A stretch of DNA of 64,000 nucleotides from Saccostrea echinata (lineage: Eukaryota), in assembly GCF_033153115.1 (NCBI RefSeq), contig NW_026889774.1, positions 12,524,001 through 12,588,000 of the forward strand, in the 5' to 3' direction. Both the position numbers and the translations under genes were made by a program. Below, piece by piece: positions 37,264 through 51,000 of this stretch (its first letter is position 1; each line of letters opens with the position of its first letter). The notes beneath the pieces were generated by a model. The model saw nothing but the letters and a program-made list of their open reading frames with translations. It had not been told where the DNA came from and ran no database searches.

Positions 37264-40200
37264 AAGCGAATCGATGTTCCCAGTGCCGCCCCGGAAGATG
37301 CCTCGAGTTTTTACAAGAGGCTGGGACTGGACATTTTGGCCCCGTCCTCTACTTCCGGGCAGCCTGAGGAGGTCTCAGTTTTGTTTTTCTTTTCACTGTA
37401 TATAAAACGGAGGAGTAAGTGTGACCAAAAATAAGAATGTTAGCTTTAATATCTTTGTGTTTCAAATCCAAATTCAATCAGCAGAGAACTTTTTGGAATT
37501 AAACTTTAAATGCATATACGTTTTTTTTTCTTCTGTGATATCGATCATTCATGGTATTATCCTTTTGATTTTCAGACTGAGCCACCCAGGAAGCGTTCTG
37601 TTCAGCAAGCGAGCCATATAGCTCTACAGAACACTAAACCTACTCACAGACCCGATAGAGTGGGACAACAGTGGGTCAGTAGTACCACAGAATTATCCCA
37701 GTGAATCTATAATTACTATGTTGTATGATTTATCCATGGTCTTACATATTTTATTAATTAAATCGTAATTACAGACTCAGTTTCAACAGAGAGATAGACA
37801 TTCACATGCAATCAGACAAAATTATCCTCATGGAAACGGAAACAGTGGAAGAACAGAGTCTGTGAGCACTGCTGCCTCTTACCGACCGCAACATTCGCAA
37901 CAAACTCGTCCACATGAGCATCAAATACATGCTAGGACAAGCTTGGTAAATGGAGGTGCAAACCAATACCAGCAACATAGGCAACCAGCTCGCCATGAAT
38001 ATCAGACTCATCAGAAGGCTGATTTGGTGAACGGTGGTGATTTCCGCCGACATCAAGATGTGCATCCTAATTTTTCACATCCAAGGACTGCGTCAAGGAA
38101 CGCAGCTGCCCTCCACAGACGTCAGCATTTGCAACCGGCTCGTCATCAACAGAGAGCGGTTCGCAAAGAGGTAAAATAATGCTGCCATAAACGTGCTAAA
38201 GTAGAATAAGATACTCAAAAAAGACTATTTAAAATAGTAGGTTATCATTAATAAATAATTAAAAAATATGTATGCGGTGTATGAAATGCTATATATTAAA
38301 AGATAGTTTTCTGAACTTTAAAAAAATGTTATGACTTAATTAGCTGCAGATTTGTAGCTCACTGGTCTTTATACATGTACATATCCATTTTTTCCATCAT
38401 CAGTGAGCTACAGATCTTTAGCCACTTGAGAATACTTTCATAATGATTGTATATTTCCAGCCTCGGGTCATACCAATCAACAGATACGCTCCTCCAGACT
38501 ACATGAAAATAATGTATCACCCGACTCCGACACTGGAGGATCTGGGGTTAACCAGTTATCTGGATAGTCCTCCCTCATCACCGAGAGCTACGTCACCAGT
38601 TCGGGAGTCCACTGCCACTTCAGATCAGGAGACAACACAGGCTCTCTCAGGGAATGGATTGTCCATGCCAACTTTGATAATGCCAAAACAGATGACTGAG
38701 AGACCCCAGACTGTCTCAGGCAACAACTTGGTAAGTATACTCAAGTCAGTCGGCAGTTGGCTAATTTAAATCATTTCTAAATATCATATTGATATACTGA
38801 ATATCACCATAGTGAAGTCAAATCTGTATGTCTAAAACAGTTGATAAGGTAAATTTATGAAAATATGAAATATAAAATATCTGTCATAAATTTATGAAAG
38901 ACCACACAATGACAACAAATTTGATTTCAGTTTTCCCCCCTATTTTAGATTAATAACTCGACAACGAGTGTCAGACCTCCAGTGTACGTCCCAAGTTTTG
39001 CTCCCAAAGGCTGGGTTAAGCCTGCTGAGGCACGCAATCCCTCACAGGGACATGGGCATACAGACAGAATGGAAGGAAGTCACGTTACACAAACAATGCC
39101 TAGTTCTTATGTGGATGAACAAACTGTGTCAAAATCTGCAAAACCTGCTGTACAAACGATCAGCACTGCTCTGGTTAATAGACCCAAGAAAGTGGCATGT
39201 GACTGGGTAGGTAAAATTTGGATATAAAATTACTTTTATCATTGACTGAAGTATCATATTTCTGAAAAAGTAATTGGAAACGTAAATTAATCTAATTTTC
39301 CGTCTCTTTTTTGCAGTCAACAATTGCTGAGCAGTATTCCACAGAGAGTCGTCAGTCTGACAACCAAGAGGCGAGACGTGACGCAGTGTATGGACGCTAT
39401 AACGGTGATGTGCGTCTCTCAAGTAATAAAGAGACTCACGACGCAGAGCGTTGCAAGAATCAAGAGACATGGCGTCGGACAAATAATACTGCACAGATTC
39501 ATCCCTCTAACCAGCAGACATTTGACCAGGTACAGTTGTAAAACACATTTATATTCTTTTATCAGGATGTGTCATGAATGCAATTTAATATAGAAATATA
39601 CTGAAACCAAGGCTTAGCAAAAAGAAATGTTTTCATTTCTTCTACAGATAATGGCACAGCAGAAAGCTAGACAAAATGTTCGTCAGCAACAACTTGAGAC
39701 TAACATCAAGTATGCACAAATTGCAGGAGTCAAAGTTAATGAGTTGACTAGCTCAGAGACGAAGGTGAGTTTTTTTTTTCATCTGTCAAAATTTCAAAAT
39801 GCTACTCTTCATACAGTTTTGGTCTGATTTCCATAAAACTTACGACACTAAGGATAGTTTTTTTATATTTCTATTTTTTTTTATCGATTATGCCATGGAA
39901 ACTAATAAGAGGAATAATGTGTGAATTTTTTCTTCAAAATTCTACTCTTTCATATTTGGCTCGATTTCAGTAAAACTTGAAAAGAGTTTACAAAAACCAT
40001 CATAATACATAATTGTACATAATTTTCTCGATAAAAAATAAAATAGTGTTACAAGTCCAGGTGCAGTTTCTCTCTACCAAAACTAACTATGAAAATTAAT
40101 ATCTAAAGTCTTGTCGGAGACTTCTGTGAAATATGTGAGCATTAAGAGCGGGGGATGGGTGGGTGCTAGAGTATACCAAACGTGTGTTAAATTTTGATGG

Positions 40201-40617
40201 TAAATTGAGAACATTTTGAACATTTAAATTTCATCTGTATTATGGTTTGGTATAAAACATAATGCTCACCAGATTTTTCACTGGATTATGTTCAAGAATC
40301 AAATGATGTGTGATATTGACTGTATTTGCAAAAAGTGGGTTCTTTTCTCTTCAAACCTTAAAATTGGGCGTAAGTCTTGCGTAATTATCTGATCATGGTG
40401 TAATAGAATTGAGCTTGATTACATTATGGATCAGTTGTAAGCTCTCTGAATATCCTCTTCGACTTGTTGCTCTTCTTGTCTAAAATTACTGCATTTTATC
40501 GTGTTTTTTCGTCTTTTGCAGGGAAAGGCGCTTGGAAACATGTACGATCTATTTGGTGGCATGTCTCCATTTAGCTGCTGGATTCAGTCGCCTACAAGAG
40601 ATCCGAGATTTTCATAG
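37264..40617 (+). CDS. Uncharacterised intrinsically disordered Q/H/R/S/T-rich protein (at least 518 aa), 5' end unresolved
   Basis: Exons 37264-37371, 37576-37674, 37775-38170, 38461-38730, 38949-39206, 39317-39529, 39648-39764, 40522-40617; all GT-AG, all lengths multiples of 3, one open frame ending ...NMYDLFGGMSPFSCWIQSPTRDPRFS*; AATAAA near 40899. Upstream exon 37130-37210 has an in-frame TAA. Confidence 0.75.
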
Positions 40618-41239
40618 CGTCTGAGCTTTGTGGCCATTTCGACAACATGAAGTTATCACTGGCAATTTCCCCCTTGACTTGATGGGAAATCTTCGCATTC
40701 TGAGAGACTTTTACTACCATGTCTTTTAAAGAGCTGTCTGTGGCAGCCAGATTATTTGTTGTTTTATTATTATAATTTTTACTATAGAATAATTTCATTT
40801 TCATATTTGACAATTTTCTCATCGTTGTCTGTGACAACCTTTGTTTTTATATTTTCTGTGACAATGATCTCTGTGTAAGCACTGTGTGCTAAGTGAATAA
40901 TAAATATTTTTAGAAAGTAAATGGTTCAAGAAACTCTTACTTTTCTTTTGAAGCTGTTGCTAAGATGACATTGGGTAATTTAAGTGACTGATAAATCTTG
41001 TCAAGAAGATTAATTTATCAAAATATTATTTATATCGGTACTTCTGTTTCATGATATTTAACGGGGAAAAAATACTTAAGACCCCCCTTTTCTATATATC
41101 CCTTTTTTTAAAGCCTGTCATTTGAAGTATTGTACATAGGTACATGTTATCTTAATTTTTTAAAAAAGAAGTTTTGTAATAAAATTGCATGAAAAAATGA
41201 ATTGTGTGTTTTGTTTGAGCCACGATCCGATCATTTTTT

Positions 41240-42535
41240 TCTCTTAGCATTTATATTAGAATGATAACTTCTGACATCCTCCAAAACGTGGACTGAAAGT
41301 ACGCAGCACTTAAAGTGATAGGTCTATCACATTTGATTATAAGCTCTACTGGTTGTAGACCATTTGATGTTCAAATTTTTGAATTTACTTCGATAGGTGT
41401 AAATCGATTATCTACACTAAAGTCTGACATATGTAACTTAATAATATGTCTATTAAGTTAACACCAATCCAAGTAAATTAAAAAATTAGGATATGGCAGG
41501 TGTTTTACATATACAGGTTCATTCCAATAATCTTAAACAATATTAAATGTAAAGCTTTATGGAAACCATATATTACTACACAATCGTTAGGATCTAGAAG
41601 CAGTTGTACGTATCATGACGGTATACAGAAGAATTATACAGGAAGAGTTTGTGCTATGAAATTAATGCACGCCTGAAACCTATCTCGGTTGAGATTGAGA
41701 TCGGTTGTATCATATCTAGCTGAGCCCAATTAATCTCAGCCAAGATTACCAACACTGAACAATTTCCACACAATCACATTTATTACGTCTTGGTTACAAA
41801 GAGTCACAAAGACAATGAAACCACGATGCAATCTCTGGCATGCATCATATTCGCCAATCGTTAAACTTTTCATGGCTTCTCTGAGAGGGTCTATGAAGGT
41901 TTCAGAGTACGTATTTGCAAATCCCATTTGGTCACTACAAGTCCCTTGAGTGTGGGGAAAAGACTGACCAAGTTTGGTAACTTCGTAGTCTATTCTAAAA
42001 GTCTTCAAATTCTCATACATTATAATTCGTTGGTATCAATTCAGTGAATGAGTACGAAAGGAAAAACCCTGTGGATATCAAGGGCTAATGCAACGGTGTA
42101 GCAATATGTCAACATACGGAACAGCATTACACAAGTAAGTCAACAGAACAGAAAAATTTCCAGAGGTGTTGGAAAAAGCTCAGTGAGTAGCAATGAAACA
42201 CATTGAGTTGTTCTCAACATCGAGGGAAAGATGTTCTGGTCTAGTTAACTGTCAAACATTGATGTTTTATATTAAACTTTATTTTAGATGCTGTCAGTCC
42301 AATAGATCACCGGTCTGATATTCGCCATGCAACTACTGACCGGCGGGCGATCCAACAGACCGCTGGTTCTAAGTTCACCAACTACATGACCTGCGGTCCA
42401 ATAAATCGCTTTCGATTAACTGGACTTGCAATTGCTTAAGAATGGACCTGCTCCAGAAAAATTAATCTGGAATGTCAGATCCAGTATCTAAATCAAACTA
42501 ATTGTGTGCATCCCCTAGATACTTCATCTATGTAA
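41240..42535 (+). pseudogene. Probable decayed gene with an IgGFc-binding-protein N-terminal-like domain (possibly plus the start of a ZP-like domain)
   Basis: Fragmentary translations resemble IgGFc-binding N-domain motifs (GNHITTQSLGSRSSCT; LSPINLSQDY; YYVLVT..KDNETT; ACIIFAN; FMAS.....SEYVFANP; FGNFVVY), with many stops and frameshifts; acceptor TTTTAG at ~42287. Recognised by eye only. Confidence 0.3.
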
Positions 42536-45016
42536 TTTTGTTCACCATAGGGCTCAGAGCTATACCTGAAAAAGATTTTTCTCCTTAAAGATTGGGATGC
42601 CTATTCCATGCATATGGGGTATAGCAAAAGTTCATCTTCACTTTGAGGAGTTAAAAGAAAAAGATAAAACCTTGATAGTTCTTCAGAAATTTTTATTTAA
42701 CATTAAATAGATATAACAATTTAACGGCATTGACTTAAATTTGACACACGTGGACTTGGACATTAGCACCAAATTGTCAAACCAAGAAAATGACTGTTCA
42801 ACAGAAAATTACTAAACTCTGAATCAACAAATGTCATGGATTTACAAAACAGCTTTTTTTTACTACTGCAAGCTATAATCATAACACAACCAAGTAATTT
42901 TTTTCTCAGCATAAACGACCAAAAGTTACATCCTGTCTTTCATCACAGAGAAAGGAGATTCTTTTGGATTAATCTCAGGGTAATGGTGTTTGCATTTTTT
43001 TTCAAAGTTATGCTAAAAATAGAGAAAATATACAGCTTTTCTATACATCGGACAGGTACATACATGTACTGTACATTGTAAATATACAATGTAATTATTA
43101 CATGCACTACATTCATGGAATGTTAATACAAAAATGCAACATTAGAAGGGATCACAATAATATCAAGATTTAACAATGACACTGTAATTTATTTTCAAAA
43201 CTTTGGCCATTTACTTTAACTAATATGTAGAAAAATGTGCAATTGACATATAAGGATAAGTTCTTGTTGATATACAATTTTTTAAAGCATTTCTATTAAA
43301 TCATACAATACTGAAAATAATTCATTAAACTATCAACAGCTTTCCTTAGTTTGTTACCTATCTTTAGGAGTGCAGGAGCACTTACGTGTGAAACTTTAGC
43401 ACTATATTGTAAAACACAAAAAATGTTCAACCTGACAAATAAAAGCAGCACTGCATGTGCCAAATAACAGCACAATTAATGATTAGGGACTAGAATATTT
43501 AAGGAAATATTTTAAATGAAGGCAGTGAATTAACTTGAATCTGAAAATTATGTTTACATAATAGAAGGAAACTTGCAATTAAAAAAAAAATTGTGCAAAG
43601 GAAAAGTGGACATATGTGCAAAGGAGATTTGAATTAATTATGCTGGGCTTAATGCACGATGAAGACACAACATAGCTTTAAACTTTAGTTAATATCCTTA
43701 CTTGTGCCCCCTCCCACAAAGATTCATGTTTAACATAAATCTTAAGGGGAGGGGAGATTTACAAGAAAGGGTATCAAGTATGATGTATGCTTTTATGATA
43801 AGCTTTAGATGACAAAAATTTCAAGCAATAATTAAAAGAAAAATTAAAATCTATAAAATATTTCAGTACATATATGAACCTGTACATCAAATGAGTGCAA
43901 CAACTTGCATCTCATTTCTCTGTTGGATTATCATGAATATGTTCAGGTCATGATAACTATACTCTTAGAAAAATGCTCTAATTAAATAAATTATGTCCAC
44001 TTTCCATTTGCCAAATGCCCTTTATGTAGGCAAGATACAAAGAAATTATGCAAACATCTGATACAACCTGCATAAACAGCTCAATTGAAGCACCCTCAGG
44101 CTGTTAATTACGACACTGCTGATCAACTGGCATTACACAGACAATATACTAGTGGTGAAGCAAACATCATACCAATAATTTGTATAATAAAGCTGTTACT
44201 GTGACTCAAGAAAAAACACTTTCATAAAAGCAAAATTGAAAAATTGCTATTCATAAATTAAATTTAAATTCATAAAAGATAATTAAATTTATCAATCATG
44301 TGTGAGTGAACAGCGATGAATCAATATCCAAAACTGCAAATAAAATTTATAACCCTCACCGGTATTGGACAAAGTTCATTTAGTAATTAATATTTAATTA
44401 ATAACTTAACATATAGACAACACTGTATTAATTCTGATTTTCAAGAAGTAATCCTTTATATGTATTGCAACAGCAATTAAAACAATGAAAATTAACTCAT
44501 GCCTGACTTTTTACAGACATAAAAAGATCATTGCCACGATAATCATATACAAATTAAAGCTAATGTCTGCAAAATCAGCACCATTATTTGATCAATGAAG
44601 AAAAACAAAAATACAGGTGTTATAACTACACCTGGAAAAATCATAATTTTCATTATGTTTTTCATTTTTCAATACTATATACATGTATGTACCAAATTGA
44701 AGGTAGACCCTACCTTGAGAAGTATGTTTTACATACATGTACATGTACATAGTGAAACATGCTTAGAGCAAAGTGCCAGGAAACAATTTTGAATCATTAT
44801 TGATGTAATTCATTCTGTTAAATTTATGTTTTGAGATGACAGGAAAAAAAATCTTTTGGCTTTATGCATGAAATCATCATATGTGTTTTTGCTGTAACTG
44901 AGTTTTACTGTACATGGTAAAAAAAATTGATTTGTTGAACCAGATGGAGAAAATAAATTAAACTAAGTTAATGCCCACAACTTGTAAAAATAAAGCCATC
45001 ACCAAACTGAGAAAAT

Positions 45017-48000
45017 TTATCTCCTCTGCACAGTCGAAAGGTCGATACTGGACGCCCGTTTATGTGATTTCTTTTTGGGATGTCCAGCATTGTTCTTGTC
45101 TGGAGGTCGGCCGCTAAACTGACCACTGACAGGTTTTGAACAAGACATTGAAGGCAATAAAGTTTCAATAACAGGATAAACGTACACATGTCCATTCTGA
45201 CTTGCTTTGTTGGAGGAAGTGCACTCAGTAGATGAGGATTTCTTGATCAATTTTTGACCATTTAAAGGAACTGTCTTACTGGACTGTTGACCTTTGTTCG
45301 ACTCTGGGAAAGAATTTGGGCAACTAGTCTTTTTCTGTGCCAAATTGTTCACTGACTCTTTATCTTTCCAAAAATATGACAAAAGTCCCCCAGAATTCCG
45401 CTCTGGCTTGGAACTTGATGTCAATTCTTTGGGTATATCACTGGTAAATAACAACCCAGCCTCACTATGGCTGTCTGCACTAATGTTTTTCAAATCTTCT
45501 GGGAGGTTGTGGATTTCTGTTGATTTCGAAACTTGTACTCTGTTTCTTTTCTTCTTTTTTCTTCTCTGAAAATCTCTTTGCTGTAAACAAAAGAAATACT
45601 CAAAAATTAATATTTTTAAACATAATGGTATTTTAAGCTAAATATGACAAGCAAAATTCAATTCCTTCAAACATGTACAGGTAATCTGACCTGATCTACA
45701 GATCCATGGCTTGTTGAACTTGTAGACCTGGAAACCGAGACTGGTTGAGCTGTCCAAACAAAGACAGATTTTTTAAAAAATAAGAACACTGCACTTCCTC
45801 CTTTAAATAAAACTTCTGAGAGAGAGAGAATCATTACAAATGAAGATGCATATACAGTGCTCCCCCGTTTTACCGCCAACATTTGTACCTCGGCAGTTAT
45901 TGGGGTGATAATAATGGTCATGGACAGAATTGTACCTGAAATATGTTTGCAGATGGCAATAGGCGAGGGCTGGCAGTAAAATGGGGTTTTATAGTGTAAG
46001 GAAATTGGGACTTCAAATTTTTTTTGCAGTAGGCAAGGGTGGCATTATAACGGGGGAGCACTGTATGTTTTCTTACAACAGTTAAATTTTTCGCATCATT
46101 TAACAATAAATACTATACCCAGCGAGGGGTCACTGTTGTGCTTCTGCAGCTGTCCATCAGACATCAGTAATTTGTTTTGTTTCCTGGCTCCCTCAGAGTA
46201 GGAATTTCGCCTTGGAACCTTGGAGACATCCATACTTAAAGGCATTCCTTCAATCAGCTTCCTGACTTCTGGGGGCAGGTTTGCCACAGAAGACTTACCT
46301 CGCCTCAGGCAAACAAGGAGAATACAGAACAGGACAAAAACCTCAATAGTTGTAAAGAAAACCTGTCTGTCCATCACCTGCAAAGGATATTAGATTAACA
46401 ATACCTGTATAAACATTAATTACATATTTCTTCACATTTCAAAAAGTTGACTGCATGAGATAAGTTGAGGTAGGACAGTTTTCTCTGTAAAGATTCTCTC
46501 TGTGTGAAAAAAATACTTTGGGTACCAAGGACTTTTGCAATGTACAAAATCTACTTTGTACCAAGTTACGCTCAAGATGTAATATTCTTATAGAAGCTGC
46601 AAGTGTACCTGTTTGTTGAGATGAGACATCTCATCTTGGAGTTTATACACCATGTCTGTCAGATTATCTAAGCGATGTTCCAGAAAATTGATCTGCTCCT
46701 GTTGCTGTCTATCCTACAAAGAATTTAGAGATATGATACATAAAAATATCATGTGCAGTACACAGGTGTAAACTGTTAATTTATCATGCATTCTCATTTT
46801 GATATTTAATATACTTGAGTGTTATATTCCAAGTAGAATTAATCATGAAAATGACACCCTATTCACCCCAACTCACCCATGCATGGTAAGGAGTCCAATA
46901 TGCTTTTTTAATTTTGATAATTGTTCATTTATATTTAACTGCATGCACATATCACATACAAATTTCTAACAGTTTTAAGATGCATGATTAATGAGTGATC
47001 AATGTAGGATTTTCATCTAAAATGGAATTTTGACCGTGACCTTGAACTTAAGAAAACAGGAAGTCAAGTATCTTTCATTAAATATAGGTATTTCTATACT
47101 GGTGTTATAACTTTAAGTTTCAGAAAAAATAGAAACAAAAGAATTGGGAAAAAAGGTAATCAAAGATTTTAAAGGATTCCAACTTAAAACATTCCTGATG
47201 CAGGATCTGACTGGTATTAAATATCATATCCATTGTGTACCCAGATTCAACTCAGGAATTTCTTTCAGGTTTTTGAGATGTAGACCTTTCAGAACATTGA
47301 AAAAAGAAATGCTGTTTCCAACGATGAGATTATAACCTATACTATCCTTAACTTCTCCGCAAATTGTCTTTCTCATAAGCATAAAAATAAAGACTGTATT
47401 ACATTCAGCAGACTTTTTTTGAAATGAATAAAAACTCTCTAGGATTAAAAGACATTGAAAGTCTTATTCTCTGTTGAGTAACTTAAGTGAGAAAATTTCT
47501 TCATCCTTACTCTGCGTTCTGCCTCCTTTAGGTCTTTGGTTACATTCTCAAATTTAGCAGTCAGGAGTTTCTGCATTTCCTCCGATTGCTTCTTAAACTT
47601 CTGAGTCATCTCATCCAAAAACCTGAATTTTACATATGAAAAAAAAAATCATATCATTTAGATTTCTTGAAAAAACCTTTCACAATATTTCTTAAAATCT
47701 ACTTTTTTAAATTTTTATCTACATGTATCTTGGAAATTTTGATATAACATCATCATTTCCTGCTATCATTAAATATTTCTAAACTTTCTGTCAGTTTACC
47801 TGCTGCTAAGAGAAACATTGGTTTCCAAAGCTTTAATCCTATTGGTCAGTCTCATTATGGCTGTTTCCCGTTTCTGTAGAGGCAGGATGGGAACTTTGAC
47901 CAATCTGAGGTTTTTCTGTGGTGTATACTCAATCTCGTCTGCCGATAGCGTATAGCTGGATTCAGAAGTTTGCTCCATTGTGTCTGGGGCAGGGGTAACT

Positions 48001-51000
48001 GTGGTTTGGGGATAATTGTCCTCTATCTGTCTGTCTCCCTCTTCAGAAGTCTGACCATTCACCATAGTGTCCTGAGAACTCTCTGTCTGTACAGCACTGC
48101 TGGTAGTGATGGAAGCACCATTAACTTCTGGGAGGTGCATTTTCTGCTCAGTTTTCTGAAAATTCATTACAGAACACCACTTATTCTTTTATATATATGT
48201 ACATGAAAGCTCAGATACTGTGAATTAGGGAAAAATACAGAGAATAACAAGGTGTGTTTGTGAAACACTATGCCCCGATGGTAACACAATTTTGGAGTGG
48301 GACGTAGACTACAGTGCAATAGTTACGGCCAATGTTAAAGTTTTTCAAATGTAGGCCAGAAGTCACAGTTGAGGTCACATGATCAAAAATTTCTGTACCA
48401 ATGGAAAGGTCTTCTCATAATGAACACTCATGTCAAATATTAAAGCCTTACCCTTGACAGTGCAATAGTCATGGGCTAGGTTAAAGTTTACAACAGACAG
48501 ACAGACAGACAGGACAAAAACAATATACCCCCAGGATCTTTTGATCCAAAGGCATAAAAATAATTTTTATCTTATGCTTACACTGTCTTCTGTTGAAGAT
48601 GGTGAGGTTGAATATGAAGCTGTGTCAGACACTGGCATGGTTGTTAATGATTCCGTCTTCTGTAGATGTGGCGTCTCAGAAAAAGAATCCTTGCTCACAT
48701 CAATAACAACACTAGGCTCTAATACACTCTGACTGGAAATCACTTCTCCATGACTGGTAGAGGACACAGCTGGTGGTATCTCTGAAGCTACTGTGTTTTC
48801 CACAGAAACAGATGCTGTAGCTCTAACTTCCGGAATGTCAGTTTTGTCCATTGTTTTCAGAGATGTTGATAGAACTGGAGATTGGTGAAGGCCTTGCTGA
48901 GTTTTTGTTTCCTTTGGTAGAACTGTACTGTCCTGTACAGGAACTTCTGAATCAAGAGAAGGAACCTGTATCACTGTTGAAATCTGAACGTCTGAAGTAG
49001 AAGCAGGTGTGGGGATAAAACAAGGTGACTGACTCTCCAGTACTTTCTCTGTTGGAGTTTCCACCACATCAGATGTAGGGGTACTTAATACATCTGTGTG
49101 ATCTACAACCTCCTGCTTTACTGTAACCACAGGTGTCACTGTTGACGATTCATGTGTCCTTGACCTTGACGGCAAGGTAAATTCCCCTGGTACTGAGATC
49201 CAATCTTTTTTCAATGCTCTGACATAGCTACATAGTGACAAAGTGGAGTTCTGTCGGTGGCGAATCTTAAATCTGTGTGGTAGAATACACGACAGAAACA
49301 TCTTATACAGAGTTAAACGCTTCTTGAGATCTCCGCTTTGTATCAGTGAAACCATGGGAGGCTTCAATTGTTCACTTGGCATTTGTTCATGGTCCTCCAG
49401 CTTGGTAACTATAGAAACAGCAGGATCCAAAAGATCCGGTTTCATATCATCACTTAAAGTTCCTACAAGAATTTACATAAAACCTTTAAGAATTAATATT
49501 TTAAACATTCTTTTCCCCTCAAAATGCAAAAAAAAAGAAGATATTTCTTGTGGAGGATTTTTTGCCAATCCCCATAAATAAGGTGTAAATACATGAATTG
49601 ATTTACATCTGAATGTATTCAATGATAATGTAATCTGTCATACCTGGAGTATCACATGGTTTTTCTTGTTCAGCAGGACAAGATGTGGGGCTGGGGGGTT
49701 TGGGGAGGGTCTCTCCTTTGTTAACTGTGTCAGCCTCAGACTTCTCTTTAGGAATTCTGTCAGTTTTAAATATTACTACTATAAACCAATATCCAGTATA
49801 TTTACTTGAAATACCCAAGAAATTTTCTGTTAGTTAATCTTCAATAAATATTCAAAAGCTATGCATTTTAAGCTTAAATGTCATTCAAAATGAAATTTTG
49901 ATCTGAAAAATTATGAAATATAAATCAGTTCATATTAAACAAGGCACGTATAGCTTATACTTTAAGACTTTTAAACTTTTCATGAGAATTTGGCCAATGA
50001 ACAAGTGTTTTGGGGAGAATTAATGCTAGAGTTATCTTACTCTGGCTTAGGCTCACAAGGTTCCATCTTTTCCTGTGCTGCTGCCTTGTTGACATCAGTT
50101 GTGTTGTTTGTGGTGGCATTCAGAGGCAAAGAATCTACATATGACATGAAGTATGCAGTCAATTACAATTGAAATAATTAAACAAAATATGTTGCTCACT
50201 CATAAAAGAAACAATCAACTTTATTTATGATGTAACTTGAAAAGCTTAGGGTTAATTGTGTGCTTTATTATCTTATGACATTATCCATATCTAGAATACT
50301 TACTGTTGAGTTGTGATATTTCTGTTTTCTCCTCAACATTTAAAACTTTCTTTACCAGCTTCATTACAGTATCTGAAAGAAATGAAATCACATGCTGAAA
50401 ATGCAATTATGATCAAGGTTGCCAACTGTAATCAATTCTTGCCAGAAATGTCTATTAAGATCCCTTGCTTCTCCTTTTCATAAATATTTTTATTTGATAA
50501 ATGTATCACTCTTAGTGAATGTCTGTTAGTATAAATTTTGTGATCAGTGATTCTCATAGCTAACATTATTCTGAAAGTCAAAAAAGATAGCCAATATCTG
50601 AGATGAAGAGGAATTATACTAACAAAATAATTGTGTTCTAAGTTTTGTTCAAAATGATTTAATAAGAGACAATATTTCAAAAACTTACAAATGAGAAAGA
50701 GAACATATGTTTGAGATAGCTTCAAGTTTGAGGGCTTAATGTGAGAGAGAAAGATAGTAGAACATGTTAGTTAAAAGCTTCATGTTTGAGAGAGAGGGGG
50801 AAAGAGAGTTTGAGCTTGATAAGGTTTAGTGATAGAGAGAGGACTATCTTATGTTTTATTAAGCTTTGAAAATGTACAGTCTTAATGATAGACAGAAGTG
50901 CAAATTACAGGTAAGAGAGAATGAGAGAGAGAAAAAATTGTACATTTACCATATATTTTCATAAAATAAAAAAAGGCTGCAGTAATCATATAAAAAAATT

